From: Candidatus Poribacteria bacterium
Lineage (GTDB): Bacteria > Poribacteria > WGA-4E > WGA-3G
NCBI GenBank assembly: GCA_965205025.1
Contig: CBDBFU010000013.1
Span: 32,001 to 96,000, forward strand
Direction: 5' to 3'
Length of the DNA stretch: 64,000 nucleotides
Made by a program: the position numbers and the translations under genes. The notes under the pieces are model-generated. The model was not told the DNA's origin, made no database searches, and saw only the letters and a program-made list of their open reading frames with translations. This document shows, piece after piece, positions 26,879 through 37,116 of this stretch. Position 1 is the first letter of the stretch. Each line of letters opens with the position of its first letter.

Positions 26879-27634
26879 ATGAGAAACCCTATATGTATTT
26901 TGCTTATAACGACAATTCTTTGTATTCTAACAATACCTTATACTGTAGATGCAGCGGATGATCTTATTTTCCATTTCCCTTTTGATGAAGGGAATGGAGA
27001 TAAAACTAAAGACAAATCGGATAACAGTTTTGAAGGTACAATAAAGAATGCGAATTGGGTTGAAGGAGTGGTTGGTGAAGCACTTGAATTTAATAGTGGA
27101 TTTGTAAATGTCGAACCTTTGGGTGTTGACGTGCCTGATGAGATGACGATCGAAATGTGGTTTAAACCAGCCGAGAAAATTGCCGGTGGTGGCAGAATTG
27201 ATTTACTATATAGACTTACTGGAGGCGGAAGACCACATCTCACATTTAACCGGGGTGGACTTCTCTTTGGATGTTATGTAGCAACGAATGCTGTTGAGTT
27301 TGAAGTAATCTCAACCTATACCGCGTTTGAACCACAATGGTATTACCTTGTTTTGACACAAGATCAAGATACAGCCATTATGTATATTGATGGTAAGAAA
27401 GATGCTGAAGCAAATGCAGGTGGCCCTGTCAGAATGGATTTCTCTGCAAATGGAATGTGTATTGCAGCAAATCAAGGCAATAGTAATTTCTTCAATGGTA
27501 CAATAGATGAAGTTAAAATGCGGGATGTTGCTCTGTCTGCTGATGATGTAAAAAAGAATATGGATCAAGTCTTAGCAGTTGATGCTGATGATAAGTTAAC
27601 AACCACCTGGGGAGATATAAAGTCAAGACTCTAA
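26879..27634 (+). CDS. Secreted LamG-like jellyroll protein with C-terminal AV...KLTTTWGDIK motif
   Basis: Signal peptide, FDEGNG..KDKS, TIEMWFKP, MYIDG, FNGTIDEV. Confidence 0.85.
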   Translation: MRNPICILLITTILCILTIPYTVDAADDLIFHFPFDEGNGDKTKDKSDNSFEGTIKNANWVEGVVGEALEFNSGFVNVEPLGVDVPDEMTIEMWFKPAEKIAGGGRIDLLYRLTGGGRPHLTFNRGGLLFGCYVATNAVEFEVISTYTAFEPQWYYLVLTQDQDTAIMYIDGKKDAEANAGGPVRMDFSANGMCIAANQGNSNFFNGTIDEVKMRDVALSADDVKKNMDQVLAVDADDKLTTTWGDIKSRL

Positions 27635-27648
27635 TTGTACCTAACAAT

Positions 27649-27797
27649 AACGTGAGTTTGATAAATAGTTAGACTTCCACATTTCCTCTTAAAGTCCCCC
27701 TGATAAGGGCGGGGAATGCCATAAGGCATTCATACCGTTGATTCTTTAGGGGGTTAAAAACACCAAAATGACGATTTTTTCAGCAATATGTCCGTTC
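27649..27797. mobile_element. Partial MITE copy, inverted relative to 17530-17677
   Basis: Starts AACGTGAGTTTGATAA; near-identical reverse complement of the 17.6-kb copy. Confidence 0.75.
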
Positions 27798-27830
27798 ATG
27801 GAATATCCAAAATAAAGAGAATAGTAAATA

Positions 27831-28691
27831 ATGCGAAAAATAACTGACGGCGAAATACAGTTTTTTATTGATAACGGTTACCTGATTTTAAAAAATATAA
27901 TACAATCAGATGAACTTGATGTCATACAAGGAGAAAGCCAACGATTAATAGATGAGATTTTAAATGAAGGTCCAGCAGATCCATGGTGTATGCGTGGACC
28001 TGAAGGTATCCCTTATTATCTGACATACCTTCACTCACATCCAAATGAATTCTCACTTAAGCTTCTTGGGCATCCATTCATTGGAGATTTACTTCATCGT
28101 ATCATCGGTCCAGACTTTATTCCATGTTATGAATCATTAGTCTTTAAACTTCCAAAAAATGGTTCATCTGTAAGATGGCATCGGGATGGCAATGCAATTC
28201 GAGAAAACCTTCCTATATTTAATGTTGATATTTATATAGATCATTCTACAGTTGAAAATGGTTGTGTTTGGGTGATACCTGGTAGTCATCTATGGGGAAT
28301 TGAAGAAGCACAAGAAATTATTGATCAAGGAGAAGTAAATTTTGATCGCTCCGATGCTGTACCTGCTGAAGTTGAACCTGGAGACATTCTCCTACACCAT
28401 ACCAAAGTCTTACATGGTAGTAAGATAAATACAAGTGATTCACTTCGTAGAGTAATTTATTTTGACCAACGAACACCAAAATGGAATGAAAGATATAAGT
28501 GGTGGCAGAACGAATTTCTCACACAACGATGTAAAATGTATCAACGTGCTCTTCATGAACGTAGCTCAAATCCCTACACTTCTGATACTGAACAATTTCA
28601 ATATGAAGTTCCTTCAGATATGCCGAAATGGGAAACTGAAGATGACTTTGACTTACGTATAAAACATGGTGATTATCGGTATGAAGATTAA
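27831..28691 (+). CDS. Phytanoyl-CoA dioxygenase (PhyH) family protein
   Basis: WHRD, ENGC..VIPGSH, GDILLH...HGS..N...RR. Confidence 0.88.
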   Translation: MRKITDGEIQFFIDNGYLILKNIIQSDELDVIQGESQRLIDEILNEGPADPWCMRGPEGIPYYLTYLHSHPNEFSLKLLGHPFIGDLLHRIIGPDFIPCYESLVFKLPKNGSSVRWHRDGNAIRENLPIFNVDIYIDHSTVENGCVWVIPGSHLWGIEEAQEIIDQGEVNFDRSDAVPAEVEPGDILLHHTKVLHGSKINTSDSLRRVIYFDQRTPKWNERYKWWQNEFLTQRCKMYQRALHERSSNPYTSDTEQFQYEVPSDMPKWETEDDFDLRIKHGDYRYED

Positions 28692-28770
28692 TCTGTTAGG
28701 TTTATCACTCAATTTATTTGATACATAGTCTAATACTGATTATTCTATTTCTATTTAATGGTGAATAAAG

Positions 28771-29508
28771 ATGAACGTACTCCTTATCGGCGGTTCAGGA
28801 CATGTTGGTACAATGACACTTCCTTATATGAAAGACCATCACAATTTTCGTATACTTGACCTTTCTCCACCTAAAGACAATTCTGTAGATTTTATTCAAG
28901 GTTCAGTTACAGATGTGGATATTGTTCAGGAAGCTTTGAAGGGAATGGATACATTTGTGTATATGGTGATGTTACGTCCAACAAGTGATCGTTCATCCGT
29001 TGCAGATTTCCCTGACATAATTGCAAACTACGATGTAAATGCCAAGGGTCTACATATCGTTTTGCATGCAGCCAAAGAGATAGGGATACAACGTGGTGTC
29101 TATACCAGTACTTTTACTGTTCATGAACGGACACGAAATAGTTACCCTTATGAAGATCTTGTTCCACGGGATAATCCTGGTGTATACGGATTAACAAAAG
29201 GTTTTGGAGAACAGGTTTGTGAATACTTTTGTCGAGAACACAATATGTCATTGAGTGCATTACGAATCACAGGTCCGTCGACACGCGAACAGTGGTTAGA
29301 ACGACGAGAACAACCAAAGGATTCATCTGTACATATCTGGTGGACAGATGAAGAGGATTTGGCAAGTGCCTACCTCGCAGCTATTTCTGCAGAACACGAA
29401 GGTTTTGAAGCATTCTTTATTGCCGGAGACTATGAACAGAATGAAATTAATCTCTCAAAAGCAAAACGACTTCTCGGATGGGAACCATTAACACACACAA
29501 AAATATAA
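28771..29508 (+). CDS. NAD-dependent epimerase/dehydratase family protein
   Basis: GGSGHVG, YGLTK, AKRLLGWEP. Confidence 0.85.
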   Translation: MNVLLIGGSGHVGTMTLPYMKDHHNFRILDLSPPKDNSVDFIQGSVTDVDIVQEALKGMDTFVYMVMLRPTSDRSSVADFPDIIANYDVNAKGLHIVLHAAKEIGIQRGVYTSTFTVHERTRNSYPYEDLVPRDNPGVYGLTKGFGEQVCEYFCREHNMSLSALRITGPSTREQWLERREQPKDSSVHIWWTDEEDLASAYLAAISAEHEGFEAFFIAGDYEQNEINLSKAKRLLGWEPLTHTKI

Positions 29509-29548
29509 ATGAAAACTGTCTTAAACAATGACTACCTAAAATCATCCA

Positions 29549-31423
29549 ATGAAAAAGAAATTTGCTATAACCTTCCTTAATCTTCTAATTTTCCTACCAC
29601 TTTGTAACTCTCTCGCAGAAAAATATATCGAAATGAACCTACCTGAAGGTGCAATTGCACGTTTTGGAAAGGGTGGGATACAAATGATTAAATATTCACA
29701 AGATGGTTCATTAATGGGAGTAGCAAGTGGAATTGGGGTATGGATCTATGATACATCAACATATCAAGAGATAGACCTACTCACTGGACATACTGAACTT
29801 GTTAAAGCGTTTGCTTTTCATCCTGATGGAAATACAATCGCAACAAGTAGTTGGGATGGTACCATCAGAGTATGGAATAGGATTACTGGTAAACACAAGA
29901 AAAGACTCATTGGACAAAGTTACCATACAAATACAATCACATACAGTCCGGATGGATTATTACTTGCTACAGGAAGTGATGATGGCAACATTCGATTGTG
30001 GTCTACAGATAAGATGGAATTACAGAAAACACTCACAGGTCATACAGATTGGGTTTGGAGAGTCGCCTTTAGTCCAGATGGGAGTATCCTTGCAAGTGGA
30101 AGTGCAGATGGATCAATTCGTTTGTGGAATGTAAGAACCGGTAAAAACCTTCACACAAATTCAATTGATAAAGGAGCAATAATAGATATAGCATTTAGTC
30201 CTGATGGAGAAAACCTTGCTACTGCTGGATGGGAAGAAAATATCCATATATTGAATACCAAGAATGGTGATGAAAAGATGATACTATCTGGCGCAGAAGA
30301 TGGTTTTCGTTGTGTTACATTTAGTCCGGATGGAAAAAAACTTATAGGTGGAAATTATGATGGTTCTGTACAATTGTGGAACTTAGAAACAGGAAAACTA
30401 ATTAAGATCATTTCAAAATCTCATACAAAAGTCGAGAGTGTCTCATTTAGTCCGGATGGTAAAATATTGGCAACTGGTAGAAGAGATGGAAGTTTTGATT
30501 TATGGAACGTAAAAACATGGGAAATCCATAAGAGAATTAATGGATACTTATCTTGGGTAAATTGTGTTGCATATAGTCCAAATGGAAAAATGATTGCTAA
30601 TGGATGTTATGATGGTAACATTTATCTTTGGGATCCACATACCAAGTCTCATAAAAAAACACTATCAGGTAATCTTTCTTGGGTTAAAAGTATTGCTTTT
30701 AGTCCAGATAGCCAAAAACTTGTGAGTGGGACAAGTGACAGACTAATTCGATTCTGGGAGTTGACAACTGGAAAGTATGAAATTGGTAAAAAAGAACATT
30801 CTGATAGTGTAAATTCCATAGCTTTTCATCCAAAAAGTAATAAATTTGTTAGTGGAAGTGAAATGGGTGACATTTATCTTTGGAATACAATAACAGGCAA
30901 ATTCAAAAGTAGCTTTTCCAGTCCAGATAATGATGTGCTTTCGTTTGAAAAAGGTATCAATAGTCTTGCCTTCAGTCCAGATGGAAAAACACTTGTTAGT
31001 GGAAGTACGGACACAACACTCCGATTGTGGGATATAGATACAGCATCGTATAAGGTGGCATTTTTTGGACATAATGACTCCGTGAAGTGTGTTGCCTATA
31101 GTCCTGATGGAAACACAATCGTGAGCGGTGGTGAAGATGGAGAAATTCGCTTGTGGGAAGCGACAACTGGGATACTTAAAAATACCCTTACTGGACATAC
31201 TTTATGGGTGAATAGTGTGGCATTTAGTCCAGATAACAGTACTCTTGCAAGTGGTGGATGGGAAGGTAATATATTTATATGGGATTATAAAACCGGTACA
31301 TTCAAGAAAAAATTAGCAGGACATGTATCCTGGGTAAATAGTCTCGCATTCAGTCCAGATGGTAAAACACTTGTGAGTGGAAGCCGTGATTGTTCTGTGC
31401 TTGTGTGGGAGATAGCACAATAA
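29549..31423 (+). CDS. Secreted WD40 repeat protein (about 14 repeats)
   Basis: Signal peptide, LPEGAIARFGKG, many GH...FSPDG..LASGS.D.W repeats. Confidence 0.9.
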   Translation: MKKKFAITFLNLLIFLPLCNSLAEKYIEMNLPEGAIARFGKGGIQMIKYSQDGSLMGVASGIGVWIYDTSTYQEIDLLTGHTELVKAFAFHPDGNTIATSSWDGTIRVWNRITGKHKKRLIGQSYHTNTITYSPDGLLLATGSDDGNIRLWSTDKMELQKTLTGHTDWVWRVAFSPDGSILASGSADGSIRLWNVRTGKNLHTNSIDKGAIIDIAFSPDGENLATAGWEENIHILNTKNGDEKMILSGAEDGFRCVTFSPDGKKLIGGNYDGSVQLWNLETGKLIKIISKSHTKVESVSFSPDGKILATGRRDGSFDLWNVKTWEIHKRINGYLSWVNCVAYSPNGKMIANGCYDGNIYLWDPHTKSHKKTLSGNLSWVKSIAFSPDSQKLVSGTSDRLIRFWELTTGKYEIGKKEHSDSVNSIAFHPKSNKFVSGSEMGDIYLWNTITGKFKSSFSSPDNDVLSFEKGINSLAFSPDGKTLVSGSTDTTLRLWDIDTASYKVAFFGHNDSVKCVAYSPDGNTIVSGGEDGEIRLWEATTGILKNTLTGHTLWVNSVAFSPDNSTLASGGWEGNIFIWDYKTGTFKKKLAGHVSWVNSLAFSPDGKTLVSGSRDCSVLVWEIAQ

Positions 31424-31437
31424 ATATAACATTACAA

Positions 31438-33300
31438 ATGAGAGCTATCAGCATTTTATCTTTTCTTATAATTTTTGTCCAATCTACATATTTTCCTACT
31501 AAAATATATGCTGATGGACAATTCCATCGAGAACTACCAGAAGGTGCAATTGCACAATTTGGTAAAGGTTTTATCAACGATATACACTTTTCTCCAGATG
31601 GAGAATTACTTGCTGTAGCCAGTAGCATCGGAATTTGGATCTACGATACAGCAACACTACAAGAAGCAACTTTATTATCTGAACATAAAGATCATGTTCT
31701 ATGTGTTGCATTCAGTCCAAATGGAGATATACTCGTAAGTGGTAATATAGATGGTATTATTAACATCTGGAATCGACAGACTGGTACCCTAAGACGAGAG
31801 ATAACCGAATATAAAATTGGTATTAATAGTATTGCATTTAGTCCTGATGGAACTACATTCGCAAGTGGGAGTGGTGATGGTAAAATTCGATTTTGGGATA
31901 CAGCAACAGGTAAAATAAGGAAGACAGTATCCGGATTACCAGGACGAATCATGAGTCTTTCTTATAGAAATGATGGAAAAATGCTTGCCAGTGGAAGCGA
32001 TAATGGGTCAATACGTGTATGGGATATCAGTACTTTTATTAATACATTCAATTTTGGACAATCTTCAGTAGAGTGTGTTGCTTATAATCCAGTTAAAGAC
32101 ATGCTTGTAAGTAGTGATAATAATGGTCTAATACATGTATGGGATACAGAAAAAGGTATTCTAAGTTCAAAACTTCAAGCACATACTGATGGTGTTTATG
32201 ACATCACCTTTAGTCCGGATGGGAATTCACTATACAGTAGTGGTATGGAAGAGTCTATCCGAGTTTGGGATGTAAATACTGGTGAACAAAAGATGACATT
32301 AACAGAACATGATGATTATGTTGAGTGTTTAGCTGTTAGTCCGGATGGAGGTGTAATTGCTTCTGGGAGTACAGATGGTCGTATTCAACTTTGGGATGTA
32401 AATACGGGTAAGATATTGAGGAAAACTACAGGACATATGGTAGAGGTGCGATGTGTTACCTTCAGTCCTGATGGAAAATTAATCGCTAATGGAAGTTACG
32501 ATGGGATTATACGATTATGGGATGTAAACACAGGAAAACTGAAGGAAACTTTGGTAGGACATGAATGGAATTCAGAGAGTTTAGTTTTTAGTTCCGATGG
32601 TAGTAAACTTTACTGTGGTAGTGGAGACACAACTATATCACAATGGGATTTAGTTAAGGGTGGTAAGTCAACAGGGATATTAAAAGGACATACCAGTAGG
32701 ATCTGGGGTATTGATATAAGTCCTGATGAAAATATGATTGCTTCTGTGAGTTATGATGATACTATACGACTATGGGACATCAATAAGAAGGAATGTGCAA
32801 CTACCTTCATAATAAAAGATGAATATAATCTCACTGTCGTATTCAACCCACAAGGTGATACCTTAGCAACTGGGAGTGATAAGGGGCACATACGACTATG
32901 GGATATTAATGAACGTAAATTTAAAATCGAAGTAAAAACCCCCGCAGAATGGGTCTTGGGACTATCCTATAGTCCAGATGGAAAAACGATCGCATCTGGT
33001 GGTGATGATAATTGTATACATCTATGGAATGCAGATAACCTAAAGCATGAGTTATCTATTACAGGACATATAGAATGGGTTAGTAGTCTAACATTTAGTC
33101 CAGATGGAAATAATATAGCCTCCGGTGGGTATGATGACAATATACATCTATGGAATGCACAGACGGGAGAACACATTAGATCTTATATAGGTCATAAGGG
33201 TAGAGTTAATAGTGTTTCATTCAATGCCGATGGTACATTATTGTGTAGTGGCAGTGGGGACGGTACAGTAATGATATGGGAAATACCTGAGACGGATTGA
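31438..33300 (+). CDS. Secreted WD40 repeat protein (about 14 repeats), tandem paralog
   Basis: Signal peptide, LPEGAIAQFGKG, repeated FSPDG...WD units. Confidence 0.9.
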   Translation: MRAISILSFLIIFVQSTYFPTKIYADGQFHRELPEGAIAQFGKGFINDIHFSPDGELLAVASSIGIWIYDTATLQEATLLSEHKDHVLCVAFSPNGDILVSGNIDGIINIWNRQTGTLRREITEYKIGINSIAFSPDGTTFASGSGDGKIRFWDTATGKIRKTVSGLPGRIMSLSYRNDGKMLASGSDNGSIRVWDISTFINTFNFGQSSVECVAYNPVKDMLVSSDNNGLIHVWDTEKGILSSKLQAHTDGVYDITFSPDGNSLYSSGMEESIRVWDVNTGEQKMTLTEHDDYVECLAVSPDGGVIASGSTDGRIQLWDVNTGKILRKTTGHMVEVRCVTFSPDGKLIANGSYDGIIRLWDVNTGKLKETLVGHEWNSESLVFSSDGSKLYCGSGDTTISQWDLVKGGKSTGILKGHTSRIWGIDISPDENMIASVSYDDTIRLWDINKKECATTFIIKDEYNLTVVFNPQGDTLATGSDKGHIRLWDINERKFKIEVKTPAEWVLGLSYSPDGKTIASGGDDNCIHLWNADNLKHELSITGHIEWVSSLTFSPDGNNIASGGYDDNIHLWNAQTGEHIRSYIGHKGRVNSVSFNADGTLLCSGSGDGTVMIWEIPETD

Positions 33301-33382
33301 GACAGAGGATCTGATGTGTTAATTGTAGAAAATCTGTTAAATTGATCGGATAAACTGGACAATTAAATGCTTCTGGTGTAAT

Positions 33383-33412
33383 TTGACAAAAATATCATTA
33401 TTATGATACTAT
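33383..33412 (+). promoter_or_regulatory. Putative promoter of the sdh operon
   Basis: TTGACA-18 bp-TACTAT with extended -10 TG. Confidence 0.4.
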
Positions 33413-33578
33413 ATAATACGATTAATCGAATAAAATACTATTTCATATAGATTTCATCCAACCTTGCATATTCCAAAGATATTATATCTCATTAGATCAC
33501 TGAAATATCGTAGAACACTCTCATTACTAAATTTATAAATTCAGGAATTTTCTAATCTCATTTTAAGTTAAGGAAAAC

Positions 33579-34391
33579 TTGCCTATGGCTCATCCAGAAC
33601 TAACATTAACAGACCAACGTCCCTTTCAAACCCAACGACAAGATACATGGTGGCTACAACCTGTTGCGGTACTATTAGGTTTGGGTTTATTCAGTATCTA
33701 CGCTACATACCGTGTCTTTGAGGGGAATCATTTCATCCACGGACCATATTTATCTCCTTTCTATTCTCCTCTATTATTTGGCTTGACAGATGTAGTTCAT
33801 AGTACCGAACATAGTTGGTTCGGTGTAATGCCTTCTTGGATTCCCGTAACCCCTGCAGTGCTCATCTTGTGGGCACCACTCGGTTTTCGATTTACTTGTT
33901 ATTACTATAGAGGAGCTTATTATAAGGCATTCTGGGCAGATCCACCATCATGTACAGTATCTGAACCACGTAAAGGTTATCGTGGAGAACATTCATTCCC
34001 ACTGATTATACAAAATATACACAGGTATTTCTTATATCTTGCCATAGTATTTGTAGGAATTCTTGCTTATGATTTTTGGAAAGCACTATGGTTTGACGAT
34101 GGTAACGGAGGAAAAACCTTTGGAATCGGTATTGGGTCCATCATCTTAGGTGTAAATGTAATCTTATTAGGTGGTTACACATTCGGATGTCATTCATTAC
34201 GACATCTTGTGGGTGGTATAGTTGATCTCTTATCAAAAGCTCCTGTTCGTCGAAACATATATAACTGTGTAAGTTGTCTTAATCGCAAACACATGCTTTG
34301 GGCATGGATGAGTCTAATTTGGGTAGGCTTTACTGATATATATGTACGAACAGTAGCAACAACAGGTTGGCAGGATTATATTACATTCTAA
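33579..34391 (+). CDS. Succinate dehydrogenase membrane anchor, Sdh1/Rv0249c type
   Basis: YLSPFYSP, FRFTCYYYR, NIHRYF, GCHSLRH; several TM helices; first gene of the sdh operon. Confidence 0.85.
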   Translation: MPMAHPELTLTDQRPFQTQRQDTWWLQPVAVLLGLGLFSIYATYRVFEGNHFIHGPYLSPFYSPLLFGLTDVVHSTEHSWFGVMPSWIPVTPAVLILWAPLGFRFTCYYYRGAYYKAFWADPPSCTVSEPRKGYRGEHSFPLIIQNIHRYFLYLAIVFVGILAYDFWKALWFDDGNGGKTFGIGIGSIILGVNVILLGGYTFGCHSLRHLVGGIVDLLSKAPVRRNIYNCVSCLNRKHMLWAWMSLIWVGFTDIYVRTVATTGWQDYITF

Positions 34392-34456
34392 TGCTAACAT
34401 TAACAATAGAACAGTATACAATGAAGAAATGATCGGAAAAGTGAGGAAATCATAGT

Positions 34457-36274
34457 TTGTCATCTTATGAATCTTTTGATTACGATGTATTAATTATCGG
34501 TGCTGGTGGTGCTGGATTACGTGCTGCCATAGAAGCAGCTAATGGTGACTTAAAAGTCGGTCTGATTTGTAAATCTCTACTCGGAAAAGCACATACTGTT
34601 ATGGCTGAAGGCGGTGTTGCAGCAGCATTAGCGAATGTTGATGAAAGAGATAGTTGGCGAGTCCATTTTGCTGATACGATGAAGGGTGGACAATACCTAT
34701 CTAACTCACGAATGGCTGAACTGCACGCAAAAGAATCACCAGACCGTGTACGTGAGCTTGAAGCATGGGGTGCTCTCTTTGACCGTACAGAAGAGGGTAG
34801 TATCCTTCAGAGAAACTTTGGTGGACATCAGTATCCGCGGCTTGCTCATGTTGGGGATAGAACTGGTTTAGAGATGATTCGTGCACTTCAAGACCATGGC
34901 ATACACCAAGGTATTGAAGTACATATGGAAAATACAATCACCTCATTACTGAAAACAGATGGTAGGGTTACAGGAGCATTTGGATATGAACGTGAAAAAG
35001 GACGTTTTAAAGTATTTTCAGCAAAAGCAGTCGTATTAGCAACTGGCGGGGTAGGAAAAGCGTATAAGATTACAAGTAATAGTTGGGAATATACGGGTGA
35101 TGGACATTCTCTTGCTTACCATGCAGGTGCAGAACTGATTGATATGGAATTCGTTCAATTTCATCCAACGGGTATGGTATGGCCCCCAAGTGTGAGAGGT
35201 ATTTTGGTAACTGAAGGAGTTAGGGGAGAAGGTGGTATCCTGAAGAATAGTGAAGGGAACCGTTTTATGTTTGACGATATACCTGATCTATATGTAAATC
35301 AGACAGCAGATAACCCTGAAGAAGGATGGAATTATACACAAGGTGATCGTGATGCCCGAAGACCCCCAGAACTATTAACCCGAGACCATATAGCACGTTG
35401 TATCGTTAGAGAAGTGCAGGAAGGCAGAGGAAGTCCTCACGGTGGTGTATATTTAGATATTGCATGGATAAAAGAAAAACTACCAAACGCACAGGAACAT
35501 ATACGACGAAAACTTCCAAGTATGTACCACCAATTTAAAGAACTTGCTGATATTGATATAACACAAGAACCCATGGAGGTAGGTCCTACAACACATTATA
35601 TTATGGGTGGGATACGTGTTGATGCAGATACACAGATGACTTGTGTTCCTGGTTTATTCGCTGCAGGGGAATGTGCTGCAGGATTGCACGGTGCCAATCG
35701 TCTTGGTGGTAATTCCCTATCAGATTTACTTGTTTTTGGTAAACGGGCAGGGGAATACGCTGCAAAATTTGCAGAAGAAAATGCACTTATTCCTGTTGAT
35801 GAGGGTATGATAGATACGATTGCTAATGAAGTATTAAAACCATTTGAGAATCCTGAGGATGGTGGTAATCCGTATGACATTCAGGCAGATCTTCAAGATA
35901 AAATGCAAGAATTAGTGGGCATAGCACGGAGTCAACAGAGTTTAACTCAAGCATTAGAAGAAATACAGCAGTTACGCGATAAATCAGAGAATATACATAC
36001 TATAGGAAACCGTGAATATAATTCGGGTTGGCACACTGCTCTGGATCTGGATTGCTTACTTACGATTTCAGAGGCAATTGCTCTTGCTGCACTTGAGAGA
36101 AAGGCAAGTATAGGTGCACATTCTCGTGACGATTTTCCTGAAAAAGAAGAAGATGGCGCAGGTAAATATAATACTATCGTTAATAAGAATAGTGAAGGAT
36201 TCATGGATATACGACGTGAATCTGTACCTGAATTAACAGAAGAACAACAACAAATCATTGAGGAAATGGGATAA
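34457..36274 (+). CDS. sdhA: Succinate dehydrogenase/fumarate reductase flavoprotein subunit
   Basis: GAGGAG, AHTVMAEGG, QFHPT, TEGVRGEGG, HYIMGG, HGANRLGGNSL. Confidence 0.93.
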   Translation: MSSYESFDYDVLIIGAGGAGLRAAIEAANGDLKVGLICKSLLGKAHTVMAEGGVAAALANVDERDSWRVHFADTMKGGQYLSNSRMAELHAKESPDRVRELEAWGALFDRTEEGSILQRNFGGHQYPRLAHVGDRTGLEMIRALQDHGIHQGIEVHMENTITSLLKTDGRVTGAFGYEREKGRFKVFSAKAVVLATGGVGKAYKITSNSWEYTGDGHSLAYHAGAELIDMEFVQFHPTGMVWPPSVRGILVTEGVRGEGGILKNSEGNRFMFDDIPDLYVNQTADNPEEGWNYTQGDRDARRPPELLTRDHIARCIVREVQEGRGSPHGGVYLDIAWIKEKLPNAQEHIRRKLPSMYHQFKELADIDITQEPMEVGPTTHYIMGGIRVDADTQMTCVPGLFAAGECAAGLHGANRLGGNSLSDLLVFGKRAGEYAAKFAEENALIPVDEGMIDTIANEVLKPFENPEDGGNPYDIQADLQDKMQELVGIARSQQSLTQALEEIQQLRDKSENIHTIGNREYNSGWHTALDLDCLLTISEAIALAALERKASIGAHSRDDFPEKEEDGAGKYNTIVNKNSEGFMDIRRESVPELTEEQQQIIEEMG

Positions 36275-36299
36275 CTACCAAATACTGGAAGGGAATCTT

Positions 36300-37040
36300 A
36301 TGGCAAAAGCAACATTTCGAATCTGGCGTGGGGATGCGGAAAAAGCAGATTTCGTTGATTATGAAACAGATGTATCTGATGGGATGGTTGTATTAGATGC
36401 TGTCCACCGTATTCAAGCAGAACAAGCAAATGACCTTGCGGTTAGATGGAACTGTAAAGCAGGAAAATGTGGTTCATGTTCTGCTGAGGTAAATGGTAAT
36501 CCGAAATTAATGTGTATGACACGACTCAATGATATTCCTTTGGATAAACCGGTAACCGTTGAACCCATGCGTGCATTTCCAATAATTAAAGATCTTGTAA
36601 CTGATGTATCCTGGAACTATAAAGTTAAGGAAAAAATGAGACCCTTTAATCCAAGACCTGCCGATGCGAAGGATGGTACATGGCGGATGGAACAGGTTGA
36701 TATTGACCATGTTCAGGAGTTTAGAAAATGTATTGAATGTTTTTTGTGTCAGGATGTCTGCCACGTATTAAGGGATCATCATTTACACGATGAATTCATT
36801 GGACCACGTTTCTTCGTCTATGCAGCCTCATTGGAAATGCATCCTATTGATACTGATAATAGATTAGAAGAATTGAAGAATTCTGATGGGATAGGTTATT
36901 GTAATATTACCAAATGCTGTACGAAAGTATGTCCTGAACATATTACGATAACAGACAATGCCATTATACCATTGAAAGAACGGGTTGTTGACGAGTTTTA
37001 TGATCCACTCAGAAGACTTTTCAAGGTAATCACTGGATAA
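36300..37040 (+). CDS. sdhB: Succinate dehydrogenase/fumarate reductase Fe-S subunit
   Basis: CKAGKCGSC, CIECFLCQDVC, CNITKCCTKVCP. Confidence 0.93.
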   Translation: MAKATFRIWRGDAEKADFVDYETDVSDGMVVLDAVHRIQAEQANDLAVRWNCKAGKCGSCSAEVNGNPKLMCMTRLNDIPLDKPVTVEPMRAFPIIKDLVTDVSWNYKVKEKMRPFNPRPADAKDGTWRMEQVDIDHVQEFRKCIECFLCQDVCHVLRDHHLHDEFIGPRFFVYAASLEMHPIDTDNRLEELKNSDGIGYCNITKCCTKVCPEHITITDNAIIPLKERVVDEFYDPLRRLFKVITG

Positions 37041-37116
37041 ATATAAAAGTAGTAATGAACAACCGACTGAAAATTAATTGTTCAACCAATGTATATAATT
37101 TTGGAGATAAATATCT

